Of a DNA stretch of 64,000 bases, positions 11,601 through 24,986 are shown piece by piece. The first letter of the stretch is position 1. Each line of letters opens with the position of its first letter. Source of the stretch: Ascidiella aspersa (taxonomy: Eukaryota); assembly GCA_963924565.1 (NCBI GenBank), contig OZ004608.1, positions 11,222,001-11,286,000 of the forward strand, written 5' to 3'. Position numbers and translations under genes: made by a program. The notes beneath the pieces are model-generated. The model worked only from the letters and a program-made list of their open reading frames with translations, was not told the DNA's origin and searched no databases.

Positions 11601-14600
11601 AAAAAACAAACATGTTTCGATGAAATTTTATCAATGTTACTTTTACTACTTAACAATATCAAGTTTCAAAGTTGCGTTTTGTTTATTTTGTTGTAAAATA
11701 TATTTCAGATTATTTCTTATGCCTCTCAATTGTGGATGCTGTTCTTCGGAAGGGTATTGACCGGATTCGGGGTCGGCATTATTTCCCTCATCGTCCCGGT
11801 AAAGTTTTTTTTTTATCATGTAGTAAATTGCAATCACAGCACGATATGTGCGTAACACAGTTAAAATGTTTGCAACAAAAATACGGCTTGAGACCAATCC
11901 ATTAAGGGTTAATTAAATTTAGGCTCGGTGTGAGGTTGAAGTTTGATTACGTATAGTATGACAATGGCGTTGTTCAGAAACAGCAGACGTTAAACCGACC
12001 AACATTTACATTTAAACGTATACGTGTTGAATAGACGTACATCGGCGAAGTATCGACTGCCAAGATGCGTGGAATGCTGGGATCCTGCAATCAGCTCTGC
12101 ATCGTTTCCGGAATCCTGTTTGTTTACGGCGTTGGTAAATAGCAGCCTAAAACTGTTTACATATGTTATATATCGAACGACCGGCATAAACGCGACGGCC
12201 AGCACCTGGACCCTAAATGTTATTTTTACTTTACTCCTAAAGCATTGATATTTGTTTTTGTACATTTATTTGTCAAGCGCCCCAACAGTTCGTGACATAA
12301 CTTAGGCTAAAAATAAAAAGTATGTAAAAAAAGTACGAATTACTCTTAACTTGCCCTATAGTTTTACAACTAAAACTGTAAGCGCTGACTTACGCTGTCA
12401 TGCGCAACCTTCCGTATATATAGTCACAATAGCGCCTTGTTATATTGGAAAAGAAAGAAACACCAAAACTTCTTTATCACTTCGGCAATTTTGTATAGGT
12501 TCCGTGCTTCCTTGGAGGTCGATTGCGCTCGCCGCCATTGCTCCTCCTGCTCTTCTCAGTCTCCTCTCCCTCTTCATCCCAGAAACTCCAACCTACCTCC
12601 TCCAGAAGGACAAACCGGAGGCTGCAAAGCAATCGCTCACCAAACTACGAGCTGAAGATGTGAGTTGTTAACATAGGCGACTCCTTTAATCGGCAATTTA
12701 TTTGTCTTTAACCGGATACGTAACTCCACCAAACACACGCACGATGTCCACCCTTTTAGGTGTGAAACAAACGTCCTTCGTCACAAATTAAAAATTCATC
12801 AAAAGGTGGCACACACTAATTTGACAACGATTTGTATAATTGGTAAAAACATCAACATTATTGCCCAGTGATGATAATGACGATTAACGTCAGGTCTATT
12901 TAGGTTAATTTAGGACTTTTTGTCTGATCGATTAGTCGAGCATCTTTTTAGAACTGGAAAACGTGCTTGGTAATGTCACGAATAGGTAACATATTACCTT
13001 ACACGTGTCATATACTGTTATTAGTCAGACGTTGAACTGGAGTTCACCATCTTGGAGGAAGGTCTGAAGAACCAGGAGGAGCAAGCAAGTTGGCTGGAGA
13101 TCATCAAGGACAGCTCCCTGAGGACCCCGACTCTCGTTTCTTTGGGGGCGATGTACTTTCAGCAGATGAGCGGCATCAACTGCGTCATGTTCTACGCAAA
13201 GTCCATCTTTATGGTAAGCCGTTAGGAGGGTATACTTATATTAAACTAAAGTTCTATTCCTCGATTGGTTTTGTTTGTCAACTAACGAATGAAAAAGTAA
13301 TTTTGAAAACATCTTGTGCGATCCGTTTGTCGTGAACAACAAAACATGTGCACTCACTTTCAGACCGCCGGATTCAGCAACCCAGCACAGTTAACGGTGG
13401 CAGTACTTGCCATCGCGTCGACACAAGTTTTCTTTACAGCAATTTCGTGTGTCATCGTTGACAAGACAGGTAAACGTTTTGGGGGTCGGTGCCGATGCGG
13501 CAGCTGTTTTAACACCAGATTGTTCTCATGTTTTGGGTTTAGGGGTGGATATTTGGTGGGATTAAAAATATTGAATTAGGATTGAAATTATTAGGGAGAT
13601 GGTAATTAAGTCAGGGGTGGGGTTTGGGATTAAGTAGAAGGTTGTATATATAGGCGTTATTCTGGCTATTTAGGTCTTATTACGCCTATTAGATACCGAT
13701 ATTAGTCTTATTTCGGTCTTATTCGTTACTGTGTTTTATTTAATTTGCACCAACGGTACATTTTGTTATGAGATATTATTACCAAACCCCCGCTGTGGAC
13801 ACTAATAATTGAAATATGTTTAAAGTTGAGATCGCGATTGCATTTTATATTTATAGTTAAAGAATACAGTTAACAAGATTAATCGATTGCGATTTTTTTC
13901 AGGACGCAAACCTCTCCTTCTTATCGGAGCAGTGCTCATGACCCTCAGTTTAACGGCTTTCGGCGTGTACTTTGAGATCAGGGCGGAGAGCCAGCATGCT
14001 GTTAGTCACGTGATGAACACGACGCTGGCAAACGTCACAAACAACGTCACTTCAGCAGTCGCCACCGCTAGTGGCAGTAAGTAGAAACAAATTGGTTTAA
14101 GGTTTGAATAAATCAGTTAAAATGACATGTATTCTATGGGAAACAGGACAATAATGCACACAGGCAAATGTTTTTGTTTTGTTTGATTTTATTACTATTT
14201 CCTCTAATGGTGGACCAAATTGATAGTAAGTAAAAAAAATAAGAAAAGTAGAAAAGTGGTTATTTCTACCCATTTAAAAGGGATAGGTTCTTCCCATTTT
14301 CCAAAAGTTGTCAGGAAATATCGGACTTAATGAGTAATGTTCTGAGCCCAGTCCGTTTTGGCACTCCACAGGGGCCACCATGGATGTATGGCCCCAGTTA
14401 ATCTTGTTTGTGGCGTAGGTGTAGAGATCCCCCAGACCCCCCAAAAAAGTTTTCCTAAAAAAATGGGTTTGGATCACTCGCAAGTCGCAATCAAGATTAC
14501 TGACTCTTGTTGTAGTAGGCTACACGAATGCCTTACACCCATTCGCCTTGTTTTTGCAGGTAACCCATTGTCCTATCTCGCGCTTGTCAGCCTGGTGGTC

Positions 14601-14976
14601 TTCATAGCAGGCTATTCTATTGGCGTCGGGCCCATTGCCTGGCTTCTTGTTGGTGAAATTATTCCGGCCAGAGCGAAGGAGAGATCTGCTGGATTGTCAA
14701 CTGGTTTCAACTATTTTCTTGTGTTTATTCTTACTTTGGAATTCAGCAGTATGCTTGTAAGTAGGCCTATACCAAACCAGTAACACTTGTTCGTCATTTG
14801 TGGCATTTATGCATAACATTTTTGTCTAATTTTAGGTCGCATTTACTTCACAAGGAACTTTCTGGATATTTGCAACTAACTGCGCTCTGTCAATCCTCTT
14901 CACAGTTTTTATTATGCCCGAAACGAAAGGAAAGTCCTTGGAAGAGATAGAAGAGATATTCCGAAAAAAGAAATGA
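8690..14976 (+). CDS. SLC2A8: Class III facilitated sugar transporter (GLUT8/GLUT6, SLC2A8/6-like; MFS sugar porter), 11 exons
   Basis: Exons 8690-8763, 9703-9871, 10473-10589, 11709-11798, 12035-12134, 12499-12659, 13025-13213, 13364-13469, 13903-14076, 14560-14756, 14836-14976, GT-AG with consistent phases. Motifs: GRK loops, PTYIGE, PETP, QQMSGINCVMFY, GPIAWLLVGEI, PETKGKSLEEIE. The N-terminal ESKSLL dileucine and N-glycosylated loop 9 (NTT, NVT, NVT) are class III hallmarks. AATAAA near 15144. Orthology to SLC2A8 versus SLC2A6 is not resolvable here. Confidence 0.92.
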
Positions 14977-15723
14977 GCGTTACCTTTTTTAAACAAAAAA
15001 CATAGAAATATAAATGACAGCTGTTTCTGGGTACTGAGCTAGTAAAGAAATTCGGGATTCTTTTAAATGAGTTGCGTAAAACTTCAACCCCTTTGCAATG
15101 AAATTGTTCAACATATTTCCTTCATAATCGAACAACGATTCCCAATAAAGTGTCTACCGTTTTAATATCGGTTAATAGGTTCAATTTTTATTCAGTATTT
15201 TTGACGCCATAAAAACTGTTGTTTGTATGTTTGTTTAATTACATTAGTTTTATATGTTAAAAGCAGGCGCTGATGGTTCTTCACGTTTTGCTTTCGTTAT
15301 CTGTTTCGTTAGCAATCATATCCAGATTTATGCAGTTCATTATTACGCATCGTAGCACAAATAATGAAGCAAAATATATTCCTAGGTTTTTTATAAGAGC
15401 GTGTGTTTTTCAGTTGTTTATTGTCAGGTTTTAAGATCCTTTATCACAATTTTTCAATTATCATCTTAGTCATAAAATAGGGAAAGCACCTAACAATATT
15501 GGCGTGAGCTTTAAAATTGCAATCGTGGAAAAAAGCATCTACAGTGCTGCAAATGGTAGCAAAATAAGTGTTTTTTCGGCAATGAAGGCGATAAGTCTGA
15601 TGGCAACTATGTACATATATGTAGGCTTGATAACATATAGCTTATATTCCCGATACCTGTGATACATCTAAAGTACAAGGGTGAGAAGAAACGTTTCATT
15701 ATACCTTGCTCGATAAAAAATAA

Positions 15724-16189
15724 GGCACTGGTCTAAAATCCGGCGCTCTTTCACTATTGTACGTGAAAAGTTATGCAAAAAAAAAAAAAATAATACCGTA
15801 TACCACAACGCATATTGTTTGGGTTAGGGTGCGGGTTAGCGTTTGGGTGAGGGTGGGTCAAGTAATATTATGTTTATTATTAATAATAACTTGACCCACC
15901 CTCAACCAAACGCTAACCCGCACCCTAACCCAAACAATATGTGTTGTGGTATGCGGCATTTGAAGAAAAATTTTTTTTTATTAATTTTTACGTACAATAG
16001 TGAAAGAGCGCCTAAAATCCTACCACTTTTTTGTCCGTTGGTTTATACTGCTAAAATTGTTTCGGTTAGGGTGGCTCAAGTAATATTATTATATTTATTT
16101 TCTCACATTGATTCTGTCTTGCATTTTCATTTTTTTTTGACAGCTGATTTAGTTACTATAAAATAGTGGTAGGATTCTACACCAGTGTC
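15724..16189. mobile_element. MITE with GGC(A/G)CTGGT..AATCC termini, interrupted by a nested fold-back element
   Basis: Left end ggcactggtctaaaatcc|taccact, right end agtggtaggattctacaccagtgtc. Flanks aaaaataa / aagaataa resemble an 8-bp TSD. Confidence 0.7.
15742..16012. mobile_element. 271-bp fold-back (near-perfect palindromic) element with telomere-like core
   Basis: ggcgctctttcactattgtacgt ... acgtacaatagtgaaagagcgcc, with inner arms gtttgggttagggtgcgggttagcgtttgg / ccaaacgctaacccgcaccctaacccaaac. Exact TSD taaaatcc at 15734-15741 and 16013-16020. Confidence 0.85.
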
Positions 16190-18856
16190 AAGAATAATAG
16201 CTATAGCTGTGTGGAGAAGAAACCTACTTGTTTGAGCATTTTAATCACTTTGGCCTACTTGGTTAAATTGAAATCTATTTCTAAAATTTTACTCATTTTC
16301 AAAGTTTACTCAAAATTTTACTCATTTTAAATTACAAAACTTATAAAGCTTTAGCCTTAACCTGAACACAAATGTTGAGGTCCAACTTATATGTTGTAAA
16401 TGTTCTAATGTGTTTTGAGGGACGAAAATGATCTATCAAATTTCCTCAATAGTTTCAAAAACTAAAGCCAGCCTACTTCGATAATTAAAGCAGACAATTA
16501 GCAGATTGTCTTGGTAAGCGGGTAGTTGCTGTCTCTTCAAACTTCTTAGAGGTCACCGATACCCAACCATAAAAATATGTGATGTTGTTATTTGTTATTT
16601 CACTGTTGGATTACTAAGTCAAACAATTAAGTGCAACGTTAATTTGAAACAATGTGTCCCATATGATTAAATAAATAAAATTCCATGTAAATACCTGTGT
16701 ACGAGCAATCAGCATAAATGAATTTATGACACTTCATAACTTGTTTTCATCATTTTAATTAAAAATCATCTGCCTGGTTTTTAGGGTTAAACACAAAACC
16801 TGCTAATTATTCTTTTTTTACCTGCTTATTATTCTTCTGCTTATTATTTCTTCTTTTTTTCTGATATTTTAATTTAGAAGCCACCCTGACAGCACTAAAT
16901 TGAAAAACATCATATTCGTTAAACAAGTACAATAGTTAACTTTAATTTTTTATTAGTTTTACAAATTGCAAATTATCTTAAATAAAATATAATTTAAATA
17001 TCAATTATTCTAAAATAGGTATAGTTTGTTTATATCTGAAATATTATGTGTTGTAAAATGTATATTTTTTTACTTATGAATTTTAAGCATTCTAATTTTA
17101 TATATTTTCATTTTTACTGGACAACAATAAATAAAGTTCATGTATTTTAACATGCCTTAAGTAATTTTTAAATTTGAATTTAATATTCATATTAGGTGTG
17201 ACATGTGGTACTGACACTTTTTCATAGAGTGTTGTTTATGTTGTATTAGCATGTTTTTAGCTAAGCTCAACTGTAACATTAATAGGCCAGAAAGCAAAAA
17301 TAAAAAATAATTTGTTCCCTGAATTTTTTTTTACCACAACACGGCAATACAGGCTTCAGGTTTCTGTGGCTTAGCAGTGAACCGCGTCTAAGTACACAAA
17401 CCTAAACCAACAGGGGGATCGCTTTGAGCTCGACTGACTTTTAAAGTTCTGTCCATAGAGACTGGCTAGAGAAAGAGCAGTATACAGGTGGACAGGCTTA
17501 GCTTTTTTGTTAACGTTTTAACTTAAATCCTGTTACAGTTTTTCAGCTTTTTCAATAGGAAATTAGGCAGCCTGAATTAAAAATCAGATATAAAATCTGT
17601 CAAACCTGGTACATGTGCCAATTAGATAATCATATTTTTGCTTGTAATGTAATTAACTTTGCTTAAATATATAGTTAAATCAATAGCAAGCACAAAAAAG
17701 TTCATAGTTCAACTTTAAACCAGGTGGGTCAAATAATGCGCCTAACATATAATTTTGCTGCACTTTTTTGGATACAAAGGTCGCTGGCCTGTGTGCAGCC
17801 TGAGTCATACAGGGCTTTGATGCTGTTGACTTAGATTCGTTTGTTTGTGGAGAGGTTTACCGCTTAACAGGCTGCGCTATACCGTCGACGAATTCCGGTT
17901 CAATTGATTCTTAAAATGCCGCACGAGTCAGTTAATAAAGAAAACATTTTTTTGCGTCAATGACAACGCGCAGTTTCATTTCTTGTTGAATTAAGGTTTT
18001 TAGTCGTCAAACAAGTCGCGAAATGTTAATCATTTTTATCTAAAATAAAACGCAGACACAAATTTTAACGGCTCTAATTTGCAAGGGATTTTCCCTGATA
18101 AACCCAGGCATATATACAAATATCATCCACTTCATTATCGTCGAACACCTCCCGAAAACGTGTCCGGAATTTTGGGCACTAGCCCAATTACGTCGATAAA
18201 GCTTCGTTTTTCGAATCAGGCGGTTTTTGATTTCCATGTGAAGCAGCCTGCCTCTTTCAGCACCAGTCTTGCAGAAAATCGCGCCCAGTTTCCACAAAGG
18301 CCCGTTCGCACCGTTCACCAAAAGAGGCAGGGTTTCAGGGGGGCATGTTACCCCCTTCAGGGCCTTCAATTAAGCCGTACGTAAACGAGGTGCACTCTTG
18401 AAAAAAATTGCGCCTCGTAACCCTGACATTTCGCCAAGTCGCTACTCATCCACAAAATGTCGCATTCATCCTCGATTGAGCAACTGTAGCCGTGCGTTGC
18501 AGGTCGGGCTACGTGCAGGCTTTGTGGTGCACTGGGCCGACGTGTATCGTTCGATTAACGTCAAACAAGTTTAGCTTTTGCCGCAGCCGAGCTTTTGCTG
18601 TGCTCCGGCGAGGGGTGAAGTTTTTATCTCTGCGTTGAATCGTTTGCTCCTCTTTTTTGAGACAAACCAGAAGTTCAAGTGCTCCATTTGTTGTAGCCTT
18701 TTTGAATCCTTTAAAGAGACAACAGCCAGTCGAGATAATTTTTTAGATTTTTCGTCAAAATTCGCCGAAAAGTTTTGGCTTTTGTTTGTGTTAAACGTTA
18801 TAAACGGAAAACTATAGGTTCGTTTATTATCCATTTTATTCGGGTAGGAAAAGTTT

Positions 18857-18936
18857 TTTTTGTGATATGTGCTGCTTGTGAAGTTTTTGTGATATGTGCT
18901 GCTTGTGAAGTTTTTTGTGATATGTGCTGCTTGTGA
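18857..18936. repeat. Short tandem repeat, ~27-bp unit x3
   Basis: tttt(t)gtgatatgtgctgcttgtgaag repeated three times. Confidence 0.85.
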
Positions 18937-21900
18937 TAACTTTTAGTATGGTCAGGTGCTTAAAAAAGGCACGTTTAATAAAGTTAGTCGACAGGATTCA
19001 AGTATCCCGTTAAAAAAACTACTAAACTGTTTTTTTTAGTTAAAAAACCAAAACAGTCATTGTAACGTCGCTTCAAGAAGGTGAAGTTGTAGGTTGAGTG
19101 AAACGTGGCACAAACTGGCCAACGAAAGCAAGAGTTAAGTTAGACGTTTATTCAGCAACTGGGGAAAAAGGCTTCGTGTTTTTCTGTTTGCCCTCCATTA
19201 TGGACGGCGGCAAACACAACAAAAGCTAATTAGCTCCGGGACCAATGTAAATATTGACAAGCTCCAGCGTGGCTTTGTAATTGGGTTTGTCGTCGGTTGG
19301 AGCGCAATATGGTTAAATTGTGTAGCCTGAATAAGGCTTGGGAAATCTCTACAGGCATTGGCAAAGTGGATTTATTTACGAACTCGATTTGGGCCGGATG
19401 AAGGCAAACTTAGCTTAGTTAAAACCACCCAGCGAATGACGGACCTACCTTGAATTAGCCTATTGGTGGCTTGTTTTGTCATCATAAGCACGAAATGCGC
19501 TTTACCGAGAGTTATCGCAGTGGTTGCTTGTTATCGTTAGGCTTAGCGACTGTTAGCCTGATTCGGGTTTACTTCTCGAGGCTGCAAAGTCAAAAAGCAG
19601 ATTTCACGCCTGGCTTCCGCGCGCTCGTAAACGCTTAAAACCGCCGGATTATGTTTGGCCTCACGTGATACAGGCTCAGGTAATTTGTTTACGTGCCCGT
19701 GTGATGGGATTTTGCGGGCTTGGCCGTCGCTATTTAAAAACTGAATCGCCACGAAATAATGCAGAGGGATTGTTAGGCCTAGATTGTGTTTTGGCAACTT
19801 TTTATTAGGTAAGGTATTTTTGGTTGTGGCATTGTTCCCTAATAAACGCCTTGTGGCATGTAGTTTCGGATTCCTCACTATAGTTGGTGCGTGAGCGCTA
19901 AACGCTTTAAACAGCTTAGGTTCTATCAATTTTTCTAGTTTTGTACCAGTATGATTTTTATCCCAGCTTTGCGTTTCTCCGTGTCAGTGTGGAGAACTAA
20001 ACTTAAAGAAAGTACCTAATAGATAAAAAAAATACCTAATATATATATCGATTTGTAATGTAGTTTCACTTGTTGCCATCGATAAGTTTCTTGTGGTATA
20101 CCATTTCATTTATGCCGAAATTTTCAGCTAATCTCGTACCCTTTGTCAGGGGCAAAAAATTAGGTAATTGCTTTGAAGTTGACGTCAGACCGACCTTACC
20201 ATGTTGCCCAAACAACAAAAGCCCGGCTCATTTCCAAGCCATTACATCCCATCCAGCCGTATATAGTCAACGTGTGCGAGCAATACCTGACTTGTTCCGA
20301 CTCGGCTACGTCAAACAGACTCCCGCTTTCAGTGGAGATCACGTGCGCTTTATGATTGACAGATTAGCAACGATTTGTCTTCATAAATCGCTGTGTTTTA
20401 AGCTGATGTTGGCCCGACTGTTGACTGTTTTTTGCTCGATTTCTCGGTATGGCCATTTACTTGCGAGTGCTTTTATTTCTCTTAATGGCTCTAAGCTGAG
20501 AAATGAGTTTGGTAAATAAACAAAGGGCCAAACTACTGCATTGTACAGTTTTTGTAGAATAAACGTTGACATCTTATAGTGCAGAAAAGGTCTTTTCAGC
20601 GTAGTTCAAGTATTCCACCGGTTTCCCACAGAATAATTAGATCAATTAAATTGCTAATAATGCTTGTTGTCCATTAAGAACGGCGCATATTTAATTTCTT
20701 TACCCGAAACTCAAATAAATTTCTGGGTTAAGCTTGGAAAGTTCCAGACAGGAAATCTTACCTATATCAACAACGGTTTGAATTTGTCAGTCAAAATCAG
20801 TGTCAGCGCAAAAGTTTTATTTCGTGTTGCTTAAAACTACAGAAACGCAAGGGTAGTCGGCGTGAAACGAGGTAAATCCGGCGCGGTTGTGATTCTATGG
20901 CTCGTCCTAAATGAGATGTCGAGTGTTTACGAGTGGGACCACTCGCCTACGAGCGGATTAAAATCAGGAACATATACTGCTACCTTTTCCTGTGAATCAG
21001 CTTTTCTCAGACCACGGCGATGGTCACCGCGTCCTGTGAGACTTATCGCGGTTTTAGCGATTATTATTTTTTGGTCGTTCGTGGCGTTTGTTTTGTGTCT
21101 GCGACCACATCCAAGTAAAACATAAGGCAGGGTACAGTGAGTCTGTTGAACTCGACTATGTGCTATAGACTAATAGAATAAATGTTTTTTTTATTGATGT
21201 TGGAAAGCAATTTACGAGTTGACGTGCAAGACAGTCAGTGTATTTTTATAAGTCTGTTAAATTTTTCCTGATATATATCTAAAAAACAATCTTAACAATT
21301 GAAACTTTATCTGGTGTAAAGTATCTGAGTCATCCAATTTTCTGCAGTCATCAAAATTATTTTTAGAATGGCAAAGATTATCCGTTTGAAAGCTGTGTAG
21401 GGCAGAGAAAATTCTTCTTATTTTGCTTGTACCATTTCTAACAGGGACACATGTTAACTGCTGTAGGACCAGCTCAGACATCCCCGCTGCAGTAACTTTA
21501 TTTTTCCGGTTATTGTGATTCACAACATAAAAGCAGTCAAATGATGAATTTCAGCCGAAATTAGTCAGGTATTTCTTTTATCTCAGGGTGTGACTTTTTC
21601 CCACTACAGTATTGATTTGCCTTTCAAGTTCGTTTGAGTTCCAGCACAAAAAAAATCAGGCTGTTTTTTGTACAGAAAAATGTCATCTCCCGAAAATTTC
21701 TAGATACATTACGAGCACCCAAAGTGTGTTTTTTTTTGAGCACCTAAAGTGAAATACTTCTGTGCAGAAGGTTTTTGTCGGGACAAGAGATATTTTAAAC
21801 TGCGAATCACGTTGTCGTCGAAATTTGTCGGGCCATTCCTTTGGAAGCGAAGAATCCCGCTGCGGGCGATACAGCGACAATTACTGCTCGCGAGTCTTAC

Positions 21901-23562
21901 TTTTATAGCGCTCGGTCGGATCACAACAGGGTCCTCGAAATCGCCTTATCTCGATAGCTCGCTTTTGGAACGGATCGTCGCAGTACACCTGCAATTACAG
22001 AGACTGCCGCGGGCTTTTAATTGTACCTGTCGTTTCCCGAGCGGGGTGTAGTATTACGCCAATCCCGGACGGCACCTGGATTGCGTCAAATGGATTTGCT
22101 GCGCTCAGCAGACGACTTAGTTCGTACAGTCCAATAGACTTTACTTGTAAGCTGTGTTTGCCGAGTTTTCTTTGGTTTGCGCGTGTATTAGTCATCGGCC
22201 GAAATTCCTATTCTCGGTATTTGGGTATTGACTTTGTTAATTTGATTTCGGGCGTTTCAGCTGAGGATGCGACTTTCCAGGTAAAACCGTAGTCAGGCAT
22301 TTTATGTTCTTGTACTTGCGAAGTTGCGTCATTGGCGTATCATCGTTATCAAATAGTGGGCGTTTATTGCCTCATGGTTAGACCTTAAATATTCGTCAGG
22401 AACCCCGTCTTCTGAAGTGGCACTGCGTGTTTAATATAACATTGAAATGTACACTTTATAAAAGCAGCATCTTCAAAGTTCAGCTCCACAAAGTCGGGTC
22501 TTTCTTTAAAAGCCAATTTAGGCCCCAATTCGAGGAATACACAAGCAGCATGTGAGAGCCGGTGTCGTAATCGTCCGAAAACCAGTTGTTTCGAATTTCC
22601 ACACAGGGCTACAACAAAAGCCGGGCAGGTTGATGCAATTGCGCGCGATGAAAGGCGACGACGCCACAGAGAACACGCTGATTGAAGCTTTCACTGCCCT
22701 TCGTCCGTACGTACGCCACACGAGAGCGTATTGTTCCTGCATTTGTTAAAGTTGAGCTGGGCGTGTATCAAACTTAAAAGCCCGTGTTTTATTTTGCGCG
22801 GCGATTCGAATCTGACGTATTACAATAGTGCGGCAGCTACAAATTGCGACTGTATTTTTTAAAGGTGGTTTACACGTTAAGTGCGGTGTTACGCACCTGG
22901 CTGCTGTGTGCATTGTGCTAAGATAAACTACACTCCTTTGTCGGTCTTAGCGGTTTGATTTAAAGGTTTCTAAGGTTTTTATATTGACTATGTGAACATA
23001 CCTGGCTGTAAAACCAAAGGGTTTGTGGGCGTTTTTTTTTATAACCGATAATAGTGCACAACAGTCTTTAAAGCCTCGTCATGTAGCAGCGTTTCAACAA
23101 TGATGTTCTTAAATTAATCAGGCAATTTTAGGGGCGCTTTACGAACTATTCAATAGATGGCTATTTTTGGCTTGCGTTGTTATCAAACAAACAAGCTTGT
23201 TGTCGTGTTTACATATTGACCGAAAAACGTGCACATGCCGGGCGCCATACCTGTCCTAACCGCAGGAGGTAAAATAATTGGACATTCCGCCGGAAACTTG
23301 CCGTTCGCGAATTCCGCCTAAAGCAGCGAACCTTCTCGAGAGCAGCACCCTGCTTGTCGCGTGTGTTGACCTAGTGTGCGGTGGGCGGCCGTCGAGCGCT
23401 GTAAAATGCACCGCGGCAGCCACACTGGTGCCGGATGAGTTGCTCGGCTAGTCTACTTGATTTGCTACCTGCTTATCGAGGGCAGACAATTTTAAGCCAC
23501 GAAGAAAACGATTGGTTGGATTTGAATGGGTAGTCTTTTGAAGACGTTGGTAGGCTTTTTAG

Positions 23563-23717
23563 ATGTTATTTGTGATACTGTGTGTTAGCGGTGCGTTTTG
23601 GGTTTAATGTAGAGGCAGCGTGGGGTTCATGAACCGGCTTTACTCTACTGCCACTCCATATGGCTGCCCGGGCAAGCCTGTCTCCAATGGGAAAGAGAGG
23701 AGCCGCAACACAAACCT
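23563..23717. repeat. Dispersed ~155-bp repeat, copy 1 (SINE-like or structured element)
   Basis: Colinear with 28528-28681: atgttatttgtgatactgtg...gaggcagcgt...ccatatgg...caaacct. Confidence 0.8.
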
Positions 23718-24703
23718 TGGTAGTGACGTTTTTCTGTTTTTTGATTTGAAGAATAGTGCGATTTTATGGGTTCGCACCAAGTAGGAGTATTATTAGTGTT
23801 GTCTAATTTTTTTTTCTGGTCATTACCATTTTTTATTTTTATGTTTAATGAATTTTGACAGAGATATTTGCGATTACGTCACCACTTGTAATAAAACAAG
23901 CCCAAATGATATTAAAAACAACACCAACAAGAACTTGGTTTGAAGTGGGCTTGTTGTTAGTGAAGTTCGCGGCCGGAATACAACCGATCGACTTTCCTTG
24001 GTCAGCCAAATCTATTTCCAGAGCCGGTGTATGTTTTTCGGGCGGGGCTCGACGCGCGATTCTTATGTCTCTCGCCAGTTTTTGACGCCAAAAGGCCGAG
24101 GCCACACAAGTTGTACCGAACAGGGTCCGAGAGTTTACTTAAGGCCACGTGCGCGATAAGGACATTTATATTCCAGCCCCAAGATTTTGTTTTGTACGTA
24201 GGTGTGCACAAGCCAAACGTACGAGTACATTGACTCGGCAACGGCATTTTTATCAGCATCGTACGTTTAAGAAATATATAAATTGGAGCTTTTTTTCAAA
24301 GTACGAATAGCTGTTTTTATCGTCCGAAAAAAATCTGCGAATTTGTTTTCGATACTGAGTCATCAAACGTTTAACTTTAATACCCGACATTCAACCACAT
24401 GAAAATGTCACCTGTTTTTTTGTGCTTTCGCTGATCCCACGCATAACGTTTGCAAACCGCAACTTATAACCCGACCCCTGTTTACCTGCGCTCGCTTTAC
24501 CCACAAGTCGCCGCCTTTCTAGCCTGATGAAACTTGTCTGACCCTCCGTCGAAAAAAAAACACTGTCTGGCTTGGTTGAGGGCGTGCTCATCGGTTCGGG
24601 GAGATAAAATCTAAACCTTGCTGCACTTCTGCTTTGAAAACAACGTCTGGCGCGCCGGTTAAATCCTATAATCAGCAGAACACTTGCAGACAATATGCTA
24701 GAA

Positions 24704-24986
24704 CAGTGGTTCTTAACCTTTTTCCTTGCTGCACCCCTCTCAAATCACAAAAAAATTTCTCGCACCCCCTTTTAGATTTGCTTAAATAACAAAACCATTG
24801 TAATTTTATTTTTATACAAGTAACTGATAACACAGTGACATAATACCAAACTGTGAGTTTTACATTTAACTAATCAAAGAAATAAATTACAGTTATACAT
24901 TTTTTGTGTCTGCAGCCCCCGCACGGCCGCACCCCTTGGAACAGTTCTCGCATCACTTGAGGAGCACCCCTGGTAAAGAAACCCTT
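24704..24986. mobile_element. hAT-type MITE, family B copy 1
   Basis: cagtggttcttaacc...ggtaaagaaaccctt, TSD-like tgctagaa/ttctagaa. Interior homologous to 38081-38390. Confidence 0.8.

Noticed and set aside
15815-15935. TTAGGG-like sequence as an interstitial telomere
   Set aside because: Only one or two degenerate units, embedded in a palindromic transposon found in several copies.
23563-23717. HDV-like ribozyme or RNase P/MRP RNA interpretation of the 155-bp repeat
   Set aside because: The L3/P1.1 nested pseudoknot and the P4 conserved regions could not be fitted on either strand.
24523-24556. CTGATGA...GAAA on the plus strand
   Set aside because: No stem II pairing and no flanking helices.
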